Shown here: positions 25,466-39,163 of the stretch, one piece after another | Layout: every line of letters starts with the position of its first letter | Position numbering within the stretch: the stretch's first letter is position 1 | DNA from: Chiloscyllium plagiosum | Lineage: Eukaryota | Length of the DNA: 64,000 nucleotides | Assembly (NCBI RefSeq): GCF_004010195.1 | Contig: NC_057751.1 | Coordinates: 12,664,908 to 12,728,907 of the forward strand | Direction of reading: 5' to 3' | Translations under genes and position numbers: made by a program | The notes under the pieces: model-generated | Databases searched by the model: none | Seen by the model: only the letters and a program-made list of their open reading frames with translations | Told to the model about the DNA's origin: nothing

Positions 25466-26805
25466 CTGGTGATTCAGTGCCAATTTGCAAGACCATGCTA
25501 GAAGAGCAACCTATTTGTTTTCAGTCATTTTCAGGAACGCAAGAGCATTTTCTTGCTACAATTTGTGCACTGTTCAAGTACGTTTGGGCAAAAACAGTGT
25601 ATTGAAATTGTGTTTGAAGCATCATAGATGATACTCAATTCCAATTTGATGGCATTGTTAAGGGAGTCACAGAGTACAATCTGATTGAAATTTCTTACAC
25701 CACATCCAGTAAGGGGTGGGGTGGGGTGGGGGAGGTGGAGGGAAGTGAGAAGAATACCTGTTGTTCTGCCTCTTACAGGACAACTTTCAAATGGAGAAGG
25801 AGATGTGTCTGTCATTGGAGCTGAAATTGAAAATTTTATTACCAAAGAGTCTGAAGATTGAACATTCAGTCTCAGGCAAACAGCAGCCTCACTGATAGCA
25901 AACCATAGTTTTGTTAGAATTTGTTCACCCTTTTCTACCTAATGATATTCAAGGATTTAGTATCACATGAACAATATAATCATCTGCATTCACACCACAA
26001 AGCTAAACACAGCATTGTCAACCCATGAATAATTGAGGGAAAACACATTAACACAATGAACTAAAACTTCCACTATGGACATTTAATGACATTTTACATA
26101 TAAAGTTCTCAATCTTAATTATGATTAAAACCATCGAAATTCATGTCTGCATAGAGAACATAGAACACAATGTTTCAAGAAGGCTCCTTCTCATTGGCAA
26201 ATAGGGATGGGCTACAATATTGGACCAGCCAGCTATGCCCACATACTGTTGCAAAATGGACATTCTGTCTTTTCAGTTTGCTCAGCTATTCAATTCAATC
26301 ACTGATGATTTGTGGCACAACTTCATTTCCTGTCCTCACTCCATGTTTCTGAATACCCTTCACATTTGAAAAAAGCCTACTGATCTGTGTCAACATCTCC
26401 ATTGTAATTTAGCCTTCAGGGAAGCTCATCAATTCCATTGTCCTTCTATATCCACATTATCCAAAACATTTATATCTCTCAAGCACCCATTCAAGTTGAC
26501 TTTGAAATCATTGGTTGCTCCCAAATCCACCTTCCTATTGAGACAGCAAGTCCCAGCACATTACCAGCACTTAAGAAAATAGGTTTTACTCACAAATTTC
26601 ATCACCCCACCTTGCTCAAAACCTTAAATGTGTATCCCCACTCCCACTCCCCAACCCAATGCTTCTTGCACCATCAGCTAAAGTGAGATTCAAAATTGCA
26701 GAATTAGTATGAATTCCAATAGTGCCTGTGGTAGCAAGTGACAATTAAACTGTCTCTGCTTATGTAACAACGAATGCTGAAGGTTACGTGCATACCTTTT
26801 AACAC

Positions 26806-27412
26806 TGTTAGGGCACAGGCCAGACCCCTCAAAGCATTTCAAGCAGGTAGCCCAGACCCGAACTTTGCTAGTTGTTTTAAGCAGGTGTAAAGTCAAAATT
26901 CCAGGAGAGAATCAGCTGGTCAAACCACTTAGTTTTAAATAAAATAATTTATTTACAAGACTACTGAATGAAACACAAACAACAGAAAACCAAAAACCCA
27001 ACAGATCATCCCAATTTAAAGATGCTGTTCCAAATACTTGAAACATAAACATCCTTTTGGCTAAAAAGGGAAAATCAAACACTGATTCTTCCAGGATACA
27101 AGTCAGAGAGAGAGAGAGAGGAAATACCAGCCTGGTCTTGCTTCTATAGGCTCAGCAGCCTTTCCCATACTACTGTTCAAAACCAAACCAAACATAAGCT
27201 GAGCTGGGAGAACTGGCCACTCTTCTTTCCCTGCACAAAAGTGTTCTTATTTTAAAATTTTAAAGCCTTCTGCCTGAGGCAATATCTGTTAGCTATTATT
27301 AAACTGGCCCTAAAAACCTTTGACCCCAGACGTGTTAGAGACTATGTTGTTTACGCCCTCGCTGGAAAACAAAAAAAAAGCCAAGGACAGTTAAAGGAGC
27401 AGCTTCATCACA
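26806..27412 (-). mobile_element. Solo LTR, same family as 1402-2020
   Basis: TG...CA termini (TGTTAGGG...CTTCATCACA on +) and the 4-bp TSD ACAC at 26802-26805 and 27413-27416. Confidence 0.88.
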
Positions 27413-27479
27413 ACACAAAAATCGGAAACACTCACACAGAAGGATACTGAAATAACTGGAGTTTTCAAAACTGAAATCA

Positions 27480-27980
27480 ATGCCTTTTGTCAGATAAGAC
27501 ACAGGCAGGAAGTGCCAGGTCAATAGAGTTGAGGGCGATAGTTATGACGAAATAAAATCGTACAGCAGCATATACAATCGGAATGGGCTTTTCTTTTTCC
27601 CAGGTTCCTGAGTAGATTTTATCATGTCGATATTTCCTGACGTGCCAGCTCAATCCAGTCATCATTTCCTACCCTCCATGTTTTTTGTCACTGCGCCAGG
27701 GCGAGCTTCCCCATTAGTGTGGATAGGGCATATTCTCGGCCGCCATGTATGCTGGGTAACTGCTCACCATTGAAATACAATACTTTTGGTTATAAAATCA
27801 CGACTTATTTACAACTAGAAAAATTGATATTCATTTATTAAGTTAGTTACTGTCGCAATCAAACGAACGCTAGTTGAGGCTTAGTCCTATCCCGGACGTA
27901 ACGCGTAGCGCAAACTCCAAATTTCAGATGCAAAATTCTGATCAGTGGAACGCGTTCAGATATTGACCAACGTCTTCAAT
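27480..27980. promoter_or_regulatory. CpG-enriched promoter-like region
   Basis: Local CpG excess with ETS CAGGAAGTG (27506-14), TGACGTG (27638-44), YY1-like GGCCGCCATGT (27738-48) and ZNF143-like TTACCCAGCATAC on minus (27747-59). Confidence 0.5.
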
Positions 27981-28079
27981 GTTGGAGTAGTGAGACAAAA
28001 TATCATTCTTTCAAATAAATATTGCATTAGCTTCAAGTAATTGTGCAATCATTTGCAAAACAGACATCCACGTAAAATT

Positions 28080-28435
28080 GCAACTCGATTGAAATGCTCG
28101 CATCAATGTATATTCTGTATGAGGCCTGGGATAGAAAAGAAAATCCCAGACAGACAGTCGAGCGAAATCCTTCGAGAATGCTGCCCCTGCCGCAGATGTC
28201 ATCTTTCAGATGAGACACTGCTTGTTCAGATGATTATAAAACCTCTCGTAAAACGTCACTATTTCTGTGCATAGCAGAGATGTCCCAATACTATAGTATT
28301 TACCCGTTAATCAACATCATCAAAACAATATTACCACATTGTTGTTTGTTGGAGCCTGCTGTATAAAAAATTCCTCCATTATAACAGTGATTACATTACA
28401 TAACCGGCTGTAAAGCAGTTTGAGGTATCTGAGAT
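28080..28435 (+). mobile_element. Degenerate DeuSINE/SacSINE1-like SINE
   Basis: Core 'gatgtcatctttcagatgagaca' and tail 'ataacagtgattaca...ggctgtaaagcagtttgag'. Confidence 0.55.
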
Positions 28436-29137
28436 TCTCTGCCCGACAGGGTAATAGAAGACAATTCCGTGGCAGCTTTCACAAATGAATTGGATTAACT
28501 ACTGAAGAGACTGTGTCAAAATGCAGAGGGATTGGGCCTAATGGAATACCTCTGCCAAAGAACTAACATAGAGATGATGAGTGAAACGGCTTCCAATAGG
28601 CTGCAAAATGCTACAATTTCCTTGAGGCATAACTCATTGACATCAAACATAAATTCTTTTTTTTAACTGAAAAGACAAGTCAGTTGAGCTTTTCAGATCC
28701 TGGAAAAGATCAACAATAAACCAAAGGTTTCTGAAGATACTGCAGAATACGTCATCAGGCCAAGGGACTTTGTGTCCTGCTCAAAGTGACAAGCGCTCAG
28801 ACAACCTTCTCCACTGTAATAGGATACCTGAGCAGAATGGCTTGATCAGATTTTAGCTTTCAGAGGTTAAACCTGAGAGACTCCTGGACACTGGAAAAAA
28901 TTGTGAAGCCTATTAATAAATCTTACTTGCTAAATTAAACGGGCGAAATTACAAAAATGTCATTCTGATTTGAATGTTACACGTCTGGATGTTTTGCTGT
29001 TGTTTCCATTTACAATGCACAATTAAAAAGCACAAAAGTAACTTTGGTGTCAGCACTTCTGTCCATTTGCTTTTGGGATCCCCCACATTAAGTTTGAGCA
29101 AGTCCTATTGTTTATTAGCTGGATAATATCTTATTTG

Positions 29138-29540
29138 GATAAAACAAAGAACTGCGGTTGTTTCAGATCTATATCAAAACAGAAATTGCTGGTGAAACTC
29201 AACAGGTGTGGGAAGAAAGCAAAGTTAACGTTGTGAGTCTGGTGACTCTTCATCAGAACATCTAATCTGACATTGTTCTAGCATTGTTTTAAATTGCAAA
29301 TTATCAATTAGCTCCTGCCTATAGTTTGTACCAATATTTAAGCAGGTCAGAAGTCACAAGATGCCAGGTTACAGGCCAATAGGTTTTGTTATAAACACAA
29401 ACGTTTGGAGCGCTGCTCCTACGTCAGATGAAGTCTGACAAAGGAGCTGCACTCTGAAAGCTTGTGATTTCTAAGAAACCTGTTGGACTGTCATCTGGCG
29501 TCGTGTGACTGTTAACCTTGTCTACCCTAGTCCTCCACAT
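29138..29540. mobile_element. Two short Penelope-derived elements
   Basis: 29138-29260 has minus-strand CTGATGAAGAGTCACCAGACTC. 29348-29540 is an imperfect palindrome related to 13784-13900. Confidence 0.6.
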
Positions 29541-30404
29541 CAATGTTTAGTAATAATGGATCCAATTCCTTCAGGGATTTCAGCAGCAAATCTTTAAATT
29601 TCATAAGCAGAGCAATTTCACATTTGTGGCCTCATTCCTCACTAAAACTTTAATTGAATGTATCATGTACTATTAGACACTAATAATATGATGTAATAAT
29701 CAATGCTGTGCACTTTTTATCTGTTCTTTGTTTCTGCTCCCAACAGGCTTGCACGTGTACCAGTTTCTATTGGGGTATTTGGCTAATATGTTCATTTTGT
29801 TATCAAATTACTCCACCACTTGCACCCTTCCCTATCTCAGTCAATGTCTGTTGTCTGAAACTCTCTCAGATTTCAGAATTCCTCCAAACACAGTCTGAAA
29901 CATCCCTGAATTGCATGGTTCAAACCATTGGCAGATATGCCTTCTATAATCTGTCAGAGAATCCCCCTCCACATCTCTCCATTTTTGTTTATTGCTTCAA
30001 AATGTTCCTTAAAACCAAACTTTTCGACTACGTTTTAGTCACCTTCCTGAAAACGTTCTCATTGGTTCAATGTCATAGTTAACTTGATAACATATCTCCT
30101 AAATGTATCGGGGTATTGCATTCTGTTAAAAGCACTACACAAATGTATCTTGACCACTTTAGGTGATATAATGTACAAAAATGATCAGGCTACATGGGAT
30201 GGGCCTCAATATAATTCAGAAAGAAAACAAACGTAAAATCTTCATTAAAAACTGAAAGAATTGCGGATGCTGGAAATCAAAATAAAAAAAAAACAGATAT
30301 TACTGGAAAAGCTCAGCAGGTCTGCTGCATCACAGTTAACGTTTGGGTCCAGTGACCCAATCATGGTGAGCTTTTGCACAAATACTTTGCGCAATACTAA
30401 TACC

Positions 30405-31045
30405 CAGGCTTGAGCTGACAGGTAGCAAGTAACATTTGATCATATAAATGCCAGGCTATGACCATCACCAGTAAAGGACAATGTTACCACGGCCCCTTGA
30501 CATTCAGTGTTACCATCACTGAATCCCCTACTGTCAACATCCTGGGGGTTACCATTGACCAGAAACTCAACTGGACTCACCACATGGTTGGATAGGTGCA
30601 GTTGTAAGAACAATAAAGAAGTTTCATACCATCCAGAACAAAGCAGCCTGTCTTGATTGACAACACATCCACAAGCATCCTGTCTCTCCACCACCAATGC
30701 TCAGCAGCAGTGCATACTATCTACACTGCAGAAATTCACCAAAGATTCTCAGGCAGCACCTTCTAAACCCACAACCACTCACATCTAGAAGGACAAGGGC
30801 AGCAGATCGATGGGATTACGACTACCTTCAAGTTCTCTAAGCAACTCACCAACCTGACTTGGAAATATATGGCCTTTGTGCCACTGTCACTGAGTCAAAA
30901 TCCTGGAATGCCTCCCTAATGGCATTGTCAGTCAAACCACAGCAGGTGGGCTGCAGCTGTTCAAGAAGGCAGTTCATCACCACCTTCTCAAGGGATAGAC
31001 AATAAATGCTCAGCAGCCGGTGACACCTATATCCCACAAATGAAG
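30405..31045 (+). mobile_element. CR1/L2-group LINE 3' fragment (distinct from HER1)
   Basis: 'atcctgggggttaccattgaccagaaactcaactgg' encodes ILGVTIDQKLNW, followed by a 'caataaatgct' tail. A related copy is at ~37540-38215. Confidence 0.75.
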
Positions 31046-32804
31046 GATTTAAAACAATATAATCTATATCCAGTGCAAATTAAAGAATGCAATGAAATAT
31101 CCACTTAGATTGACTATTCCTCAGAATAAATTATGAAGTCCCGAGCATCTCCTACCATCAAAATGCAATATCATGCCACTTATTTTGTCTGAACTTCCAT
31201 CCCTCAGAGACAAAGTTTATTGGTAGTCAGATCCAATGATCTGTGAAGCAGATATGTTGTGATTGGCTCCTTCATCAAAACATTATGACACAATTTAATT
31301 TGTCATGATACAACAAGAGGTTTAAGGTTCCATGTTCCCTTCGAATGGAAACCCAGTGTCATTTGGGTTTTGTCAGAGACAGCCTTAGTATTTAAAAGCA
31401 TCTCATGACACTCTTGACTTCTTTAGTATCAGGTCGAGATGAAGATGTTTCAAGTTATACCAACTGAAATAGCAATTTCAAATGATCCCTTTCCCACAAA
31501 AATTAGTGACCCTACACTTAAGAGCCCTGTGCTGCCAAAGTCTGGTGCTGACCATGATATAGTGATATCCTTACTGTTAAAGTGGACCTGTCAACAGGTG
31601 GCAGGAAGCATGCACAATGTGCATTTGCTCTTCTTGGCAATGCAGAAATCAGAATGAAACAGTAGGTCTGTGGCATGCACCAATTTTCAACACACCACTC
31701 TCTCTCTCTCCAAGGTCAAAGAGTCTTATCTGCTGCCAGTATTGCGCACGTCAGAAAAACAACTGGAAAAAGAACCAAAGATGACATGAGGAAAATCATT
31801 TTTGGGTGGGATCTGGAATTCAACATCTGACAGTATAGTGAAGGGAGATCCACGACTTTCAAATCGAGATTATACAACCTGCAGGAAAGAAAAGAAATGT
31901 CAAAGCAGGCTCACAGTTCTGAGTCCACAACTCCAAACCAAAACTAAGAGAATGAAATAAAAACACCAAACCTTCGCCGAGGGTTCTCACAACAGGACAT
32001 CCCATTGGACATTTCTCTTCTTTTGCAACGGTTCGAAATTCAAAATGTCTTTCTCAAAGGCAGTGAGGCATGCAATTATTTGAAGACATATAACTTGCAG
32101 GATTTTGTGTGGTTGATGTGGGTCCTCGTGTGGACTGCTCTTTTGCAAGAAATTGTTTTGATAAGAAGAACTGAACTACTTTCTTCCACGCTATGAAGAC
32201 CAATGTTTATTTAACAATTTACTCAGAACAGAATATGAAACTGTTTGAAGCTCTCCACATTGCTTTGAAACTCTACCACAACATGTATGGGCAGAGAGAG
32301 AAAAAAACAACCTCTCAGTATATTAATTATGCTGCCGAATACGATGAGGACAGGGAACACCTTTCACTCATCATTTCATATACTTCACCAAACAATACAC
32401 CAAAGAATAATTAAACTCCATGTAGTAGACATTATTATGACGCACAAGAAAGCTCAGAGACATTTCTTACAAATTGGATAGTCTTATTTTCTCGGTGTGA
32501 ATTGATTTGTGACAGTGGCACTACAAATTTAGCTTCCCTTGACTGGGTTTTACCATCAGCCCCACAACCTGAATCAGCACATTAACTGTTGTGGGGAGCC
32601 ACGGTCGATGTCTGTCCAGTGGCTGGAACCTGTGGAAATAATATTGTATTTTGGTTGTGGGAAGCAGTTACCGATTGTTCCCTCGTCATAGACTCCGCCG
32701 GTCAATCATGTTTCACTCTATACTTACTCACACCATCCAATTCAAATGAGATGCCTAGAACATGTAAAAGTGGTCGGCAGAAAATATGCAGTCAGACCAT
32801 CAAG

Positions 32805-32977
32805 CCTCGGAGGAGCAGGAGAATCGACGCTTTGGGCATAAGTCCTTCATCAGAAAGAGCTTATGCCCGAATCGTCGGTTCTCCTGCTCCTCGGATGCTG
32901 TGCGACCTGCTGTGCTTTTCCAGTGCCACACTCTTGGACTCTGATCTCCAGCATCTGCAGTCCTCACTTTCTCCTAG
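32805..32977. mobile_element. Short inverted Penelope-derived element
   Basis: Same family as 21622-21830, with a decayed hammerhead core on minus at 32826-32853. Confidence 0.75.
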
Positions 32978-33074
32978 ATATTCTCAAATATCAAGCCTGC
33001 CATCCATCAAGAACACTAGCCGTTAGCATTAAACACTTCATCCATTCCTGCACACATCACTGCAGCCATATGCT

Positions 33075-33235
33075 CGGGTATGTTTGCGTGTGTTTGTCTG
33101 TGGACATATATATGCGCGAATGCTTGTATGTGTTTGTGTGTGTACACATTTGTGTGTGATTGTGAGCTTGTGTGTTTATATGTGTTTCTGTATGTATGAT
33201 TGTGTGTGGGTTGTGCCCACGTTTTGTGTGTGTAG
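33075..33235. repeat. Degenerate (TG)n microsatellite
   Basis: TG-rich low-complexity run. Confidence 0.8.
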
Positions 33236-35616
33236 AGAACTTAGCTTGTGGAATCAGACAACTTAACACAACGAACCCTTTCACAAGCTTTCCCTCACCA
33301 GTCAGCCATTTGTTGGTCCACGTTGCAATGTCAACATTTGCTTTGAACCCTCGGAAATGTGTCGTATAACACCTGCTTTTTATAGTCATTCGTTCTTGTC
33401 ATGTCCCACTGTCATCTCCTTCGTCAAACCCTTTGTTCTTTTAATCTCTCTTGGTGTAGACCGAATCCTGGAGCTTGTTTCTCTGCCATTCTTCTCCTCG
33501 CCTTCTGCGTTTCTCTGTGGGAGACATGCGTCACAAGTTTCCACTTCTGACCACAGGGCCCGGATCTCAAATATCAACTCTGTTCCTCTTTCCACAGTTG
33601 ACAATGACCAGCATTCTCCGTTTTTACATCTGAACTGTGCCTTGGTGTTTGTTTTCCACATCCCGGGTGTTCAGTAGCTCTGGATCACACGTTGTACTAT
33701 CCGTTCAGTCCCTGGCACGGGCCGCACTGTTCCTCTGCTCTCTGTCACACATGACCTTGTCTAAGTGTTCGCTGACAAACTCCAATGCCAAAAGGCCAAG
33801 CTTCCTAAGTAGCACTGCTATTCACGATACCGCAACCGATCGGACCTGATCCTAAAGAGAAAAGATAGCACCGTAATTTGGACTATCAGATTCGTGCATA
33901 GTTGGTGCAGCATTTTCCGAATTTTCTCTTCCTATTTCCCATTTCCAAGCTCTGAACATGTATAAACCTTACTGATCCATTTGTGAAATTAATCGCTGGC
34001 GATGTTGAATCGGTGACGAAATTCAAGACAGACTCGAGACTGTGGTGAATGTTACGGGCCTGAACCAACTAAAGCGAGCCATTGGCCAATGACACTGAAC
34101 TTCCAGAAATAATTCAGTGCTGATAGAAGGCCTGACTGAGGAACTGGTGAGTCTCTGCGACAATTGAAGGACAGGCAGACAGCAGCAAAATGGGATGTAA
34201 TGTCAATGACCCTCAAACTCTGGTTTGCTGCTTTCAGTCTTTGCTCATTATCCTCGATCGTTTTTTTTTTAAATTGGGATACAGAATGCAAAATATATTG
34301 CTGCTTGGCCACTACGACGTCAAATATAATGACTGACTCTCATGGAATGGGAGAAATATTTCCAGGCGCTCCTATCGTTCGCTGACAGGAACTTCTCTGC
34401 TATGAGATGTGTTAAGATGAGTCTATGACAGGCGGACTGTGTTGCATAGAAGCCCAATGATGTGCTACAGAACTGAAGGAATCCTAGCGAAATTTGCTTC
34501 CAACTTTATGGAAGATGAATTACCGGAGTCTCGTGTATTTCGGTACTCCCTGAGATAGCATAGTAATTTGGCAGAGAGCTGCATGCTCGAGATTTCGCTG
34601 GGCAATGAGATCCCGAAACATGTCAGATATGTCTGGGGAAGATTTACAGATGTGAGGTATATCGCCGGGTGGTTGATGGGCTGTGAGGTCTTCGGCAGGA
34701 TTTCACTGGGATATCAAATTTCCATCTTCTTGGGATAATGGGGCGCACTATACACGAGTTGGTAGATTCTGAGAACCATTTTGAAAACGGGAAATCTTGA
34801 GAGGGAAATGACTGGAATGTAAGAGACTTAACAGTGAGTTACTGGTTTCTATCATGTATCACACGCAGTTACTGGGACCTTCGTTGCATTAACCTGATTG
34901 CCGAGTCTAGGGATCGAGTTATCCTCTTTGTAAATGCCATGTGGCTCGGCGCACGGGAGTACCATACTTACAGTGTCCCAATATTTATGTATGTGAAACT
35001 GTGGTTTTTGGTCAACATCCATGGGGTACACTGTGGGATTTCCTGCTAGTATTGGCAGATACTTGGACCCTGTGAAAGATAATGGATATTCCCGGAGTCG
35101 ATCAGTCCTTAAAAGGCATTTTCTTGGTACTCCGTTCACCACGATGCTTAGGACAATCGGCGAATGTCTACTCTTATGGAATTAGCCTTGGGATGTATAC
35201 TTCTGGAAGATCCACCGATTGTGTCAATGTATACCAGGAGCCTGACGGAATGTTTCGTGCCTTATGCGGGTTTCTTCATGTCCAGAGAACGCTCGTTCTC
35301 ACATCCAGTGTCCCACTGTTAAGATCAGTACGTACGATATGTTTGCCGGCTGAGATCACTCGTATGGGCCCGGATTTCAGAAAGAGCTTTGTTAATCACA
35401 GGGGTCTTCATTGAACAGTTCGGATTTACATGATGCCCGAACGTGTCAGTATTTGGTCATGTTCCTCAAGTTCTGGCACTCGCTGAAGTGTTTCTGACAA
35501 CACGTCAGTTGTTATTTAGTTGCAATTTGAATTGAGCAAGTGTTGCAACGTTATAGATAGCTCTGGATGTCATCGTCAAAATGATGCTGAGCGCCACGGA
35601 GGGTTTCACGCTCTTG

Positions 35617-35623
35617 TATATAA
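35617..35623 (+). promoter_or_regulatory. Candidate TATA box of the GPCR gene
   Basis: TATATAA about 80 bp upstream of ATG 35705, in a CpG-enriched context. Confidence 0.5.
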
Positions 35624-35704
35624 CAGACTCCGGCAATTCTCGGTACCAGATCGGTGATTGTGGGTCGGGACGCTAACGGCGCTTCAGCAAGGAAAAAAAA
35701 AAGC

Positions 35705-35891
35705 ATGAATCAGACGCTGCCGTCAGTCCATTCCAATCTCACACAAATGGATCACAATCTGAGTGAAGCAGAATGGAATAGTACAGCAATGCATTTTCGT
35801 AATCAAGTCTCTAAAGATTTTTGGGTACTCATGGCGTTCTATAATATTGAACGGGTCTATTATCCTTTCCTGGCTGTCATCGGTGTCATCG
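35705..35891 (+). CDS. GPR139/GPR142-like class A GPCR, exon 1 (N-terminus + start of TM1)
   Basis: MNQTLPSVHSNLTQMDHNLSEAEWNSTAM...IERVYYPFLAVIGVI, with four N-glycosylation sequons. It ends at a phase-1 donor G|GTAAGT (35892). Confidence 0.85.
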
Positions 35892-36879
35892 GTAAGTCTG
35901 GAGAGGCTGATGTTAATTCCATCAATTTTTTTTCTGCTGTTCTATTGTCCATCATTCATACATTCATGAACAAGGATGTTGGGGCTTTCTGGTAAACATG
36001 TTTAAATATTGTTATTTGTTAACAGTGGGACTTTAATACAGTGCTCTTTCAAAGGGGAAACGTGTGATTAGTGATTCACTGTGGATCTGTCACTCTGAAG
36101 CGAGATGTATTGATTGGGGAATATATATATAGAGGGATCTATAGTCAGAAGGGCCGCTGCGTAAATGGATAAATACGTGTTTAGAGGTGTCCTACAGATA
36201 TCAGATTTATTTACAGGTCGTCTCTGATGTGGGAAATGCGTTTCGAAGTCATTGCGGGGAAGGAAGATTGGATTACGGCGGTAGTCCCGGGATGTGAAAA
36301 GCATTAAATGAATCCCAGGTTAAGGATGAACAATCCTGACTTGGAATTACATGCCTGCCCTTTGCTGTGGCTGGGTCGGAAGACCTGGAATCGCCTTTCT
36401 TGTAGCACCGCTAGTGCCCCTACACCCTCAAGACTGCGGCTTGTAGTGCAAGGAAAATGCTGGCCTCACCACTGGCGACTAGATCACATTGAAATAAAGA
36501 ATACGGAAACGTTCAGATCACAGGCATGCTTCGGCAGTCGTGTTTCAGGGCTGCTGTTGAAAGGCCTGTAATGTTGGGATTGTACGCACTTGTTTACGGA
36601 CATAGGCGATTGCTGATTATTGAGGAATGCAAAAACACCGGAGAAAGTACAGGGCAAGTCCAGTTTGGTTAATTACCACCTTTGCTGTCTACTGTCAGCA
36701 AAGTGCGAGAAAGTGTCAATAATAATGCCAGAAGGCAACACCTATTCAAACAGAACTTGCTCACTGATGCCAAGTTTCAGTTCCGTCACGGTCACTGAAG
36801 TCCTGTCCTAAGCTGAATCTTGGGACAAAAAGTATGGGCAGGAAGAAACTATTCCCACTGATTTGGGATAATTAATCAT

Positions 36880-38215
36880 TGATTTGGGCATAAATTTAAT
36901 GGAAGGGGCAGAAGTTTTAGAGTGGATATGAGAAATAACCTTTATGATTCAGAGAGTGGTGTTAAACTGGAACTCACTGACTGTAAGGATGACAGAAGTA
37001 TAAACCATCGTCACGTTTAGGAAGTATGTAGATGTGCATTTCTAATGCCAAGGCATACAATGCTTGGTACCAAGTGCTGAGAAATAGGATTAGAATTGCT
37101 GGGGATGTTCTTAACTATCACGGACATGATGGGCTGAAGGGCCTTTTTCTGTGCTGTGGAACTCTATGCCCATCAAGAGGTTAACCCAAGACAGAACATC
37201 AGAGTGACTACCTTAACATCAAGACAGCATATGACCATGAACATGATCAAGAAACCCAAGCAAAACTCGAGTCAATGGAAATCTGGAGACGTCTATTCAG
37301 TGGTTAGAGTTATCCCCAGCACAGAGGCTGTAGTTTGGGGATGACATTAATCTCAATCTCAGGATAATTGTGTTGGTTTAGTTTTAGGCTCAAACATCTT
37401 CAGTTACTTCAGTATTTACCTTCCCTCCATCAAAATATCAGCGTGGGCATGTGCATTGGTCATTATACAATGTACAGTACATTACAATTTGTAAGATAGA
37501 ATACTGACGTAGGTAATGCCCAATCACAACAAGATGTGGACAATTATCAGCCTTCTACTGATAAGCACTAAATAACAGTAAAGTCACATAAGTGCGAGAC
37601 AGTGAGCATATCAAGCAAGATAGAATTGAAACATGTTTGTTTGACGTTCAATGACATTGTTAATATCACTGCTGAATTTCCCATGGCCTACACTCTGGGG
37701 TCAACAATGAGTGCAGATTGAGCTGCTGTCATCATATCAATACTGTGATTACAGAGCATATCTGAGTCTGTGAAATTTGCAAACCATACTTCACCTAATA
37801 TGGCTACCACCTAGAAGGCAAGAGGGTGATAGCATCTCTTCACTTGCCTGGATGAATGAAGCTCCATCAATACTCAAAAAATGCTCAACACATCCATAAT
37901 AAAGCAGCTGAACTGATTACCACTCCATCTGCCTCCTCCACCTTACTGAGTTACCTTCCAAACCCACAACCTCTCTCACCCACAAAATCAAAGTCAAGCA
38001 CCTGCAGATTTCCCTTTAAACCATCCTCACTTATAAGTCGCTGTTCCTTAACTGGTGTTGGGTCAAATGGTAGGAACTCCTTTCCTAACAGAGCTGACTG
38101 TGAATTCATATCACATGGACTGGAATCAGTCAAGAGCGTGGCTCACTATGATCTTCTCCATGTCAATTTGAAATAGGCAATAAAATGGTGGCCCAGCCAG
38201 TGATGCATACATTAT
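36880..38215 (+). mobile_element. Intronic LINE fragments (CR1 3' end ~36880-37170; CR1/L2-group ~37540-38215)
   Basis: CR1 tail 'gggctgaagggcctttttctgtgctgtggaactctatg'. The second piece resembles 30405-31045. Confidence 0.65.
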
Positions 38216-39163
38216 GTGACATAATTTTAAACACTGTAGCACTGATTGCGGGAACATATACCTCTGATGATAACTTTAAAATTCAAAATTCAGGGTACAC
38301 CTCATTCTTATAGACTGTTTGGTCATACAGCATGCCCTTCTCTATATGTTACTTTGACCACCTTACATTACTCATTTAGAACAGCTTTTAACTTTTTTAT
38401 CGAGAAATGCAAACCTACTCCATTCAAACTTTTCCTCAATACTTAGTCCTTTTACTGCCAGCACCGTTTGCAAGAATTATTAAGACCAATATGAACATAT
38501 TACTGCAGATTGGATCAATTTAGATTTTTTGTACTTCATGGATGCAAACATGAAGTCACCTTTTAATTGCCTTTTGTACCAGTCTGATTTTATTTGTGAT
38601 TTTAGTGCTTAGTGGTCCACATTGTATTGTCCATTTGCACATCCCAACTTATCACTGCTGGGAAAATGCTGCAGCCAATTCAAATCCAATACCACTGAGA
38701 ACTACAGCCTGCATAAAAATAAAGTCACAGTGGTCTTTGGGACCATTTGTCAATGGTTTTGTGTTTTGTACAGGCTGAATCAATAACTATATTATTATTT
38801 ATGTTACCTGTTCATGTCTACAAGGTGATCAAGAAACATTGATTAAAGAGAAATCTAGAAACTATACAATTGTTGACAAGGGCATTTCAAAGCTATATCC
38901 ATATACATATAAAGCATCTACACGAAGAATCACTTATAGTAATTCCATGATTTGGAAAGGCTAATGCCATACTTTTTCAGTTAATTCTGTTTTTACAAGT
39001 TTAACTTTGTGTCAAATAATAAGCTCTGTCATGGGTAAGTATATTAAATTCCAACACTGAATACAGCAAGAAAAGTGCAAATGTTGTTAAAATTACTAAG
39101 CTATCGGTTTTGTTTTCTTTCAAAGCCTAATACATAATTTGTCTTTTTCTTTCTTTTCAACAG

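Noticed and set aside
32118..32150. Isolated CCTCGTGTGGA (and CACACGAGGGCA at ~55967) resembling the array core
   Set aside because: These are partial matches without the correctly spaced upstream motif or flanking unit homology, and could be chance.
33057..33389. ORFs rich in H/T or C/V
   Set aside because: They are translations of a degenerate (TG)n microsatellite.
34052..34312. ORF with DITSHF...PQSGLLS as a viral or retro RT
   Set aside because: The motif spacing is too short and there is no YxDD, so it is likely chance.
35654..35995. ORF-track proteins at 35654-35995 and 39139-40074 as separate genes
   Set aside because: They are two exons of one gene. The predicted non-ATG starts and intronic extensions are ORF-caller artefacts.
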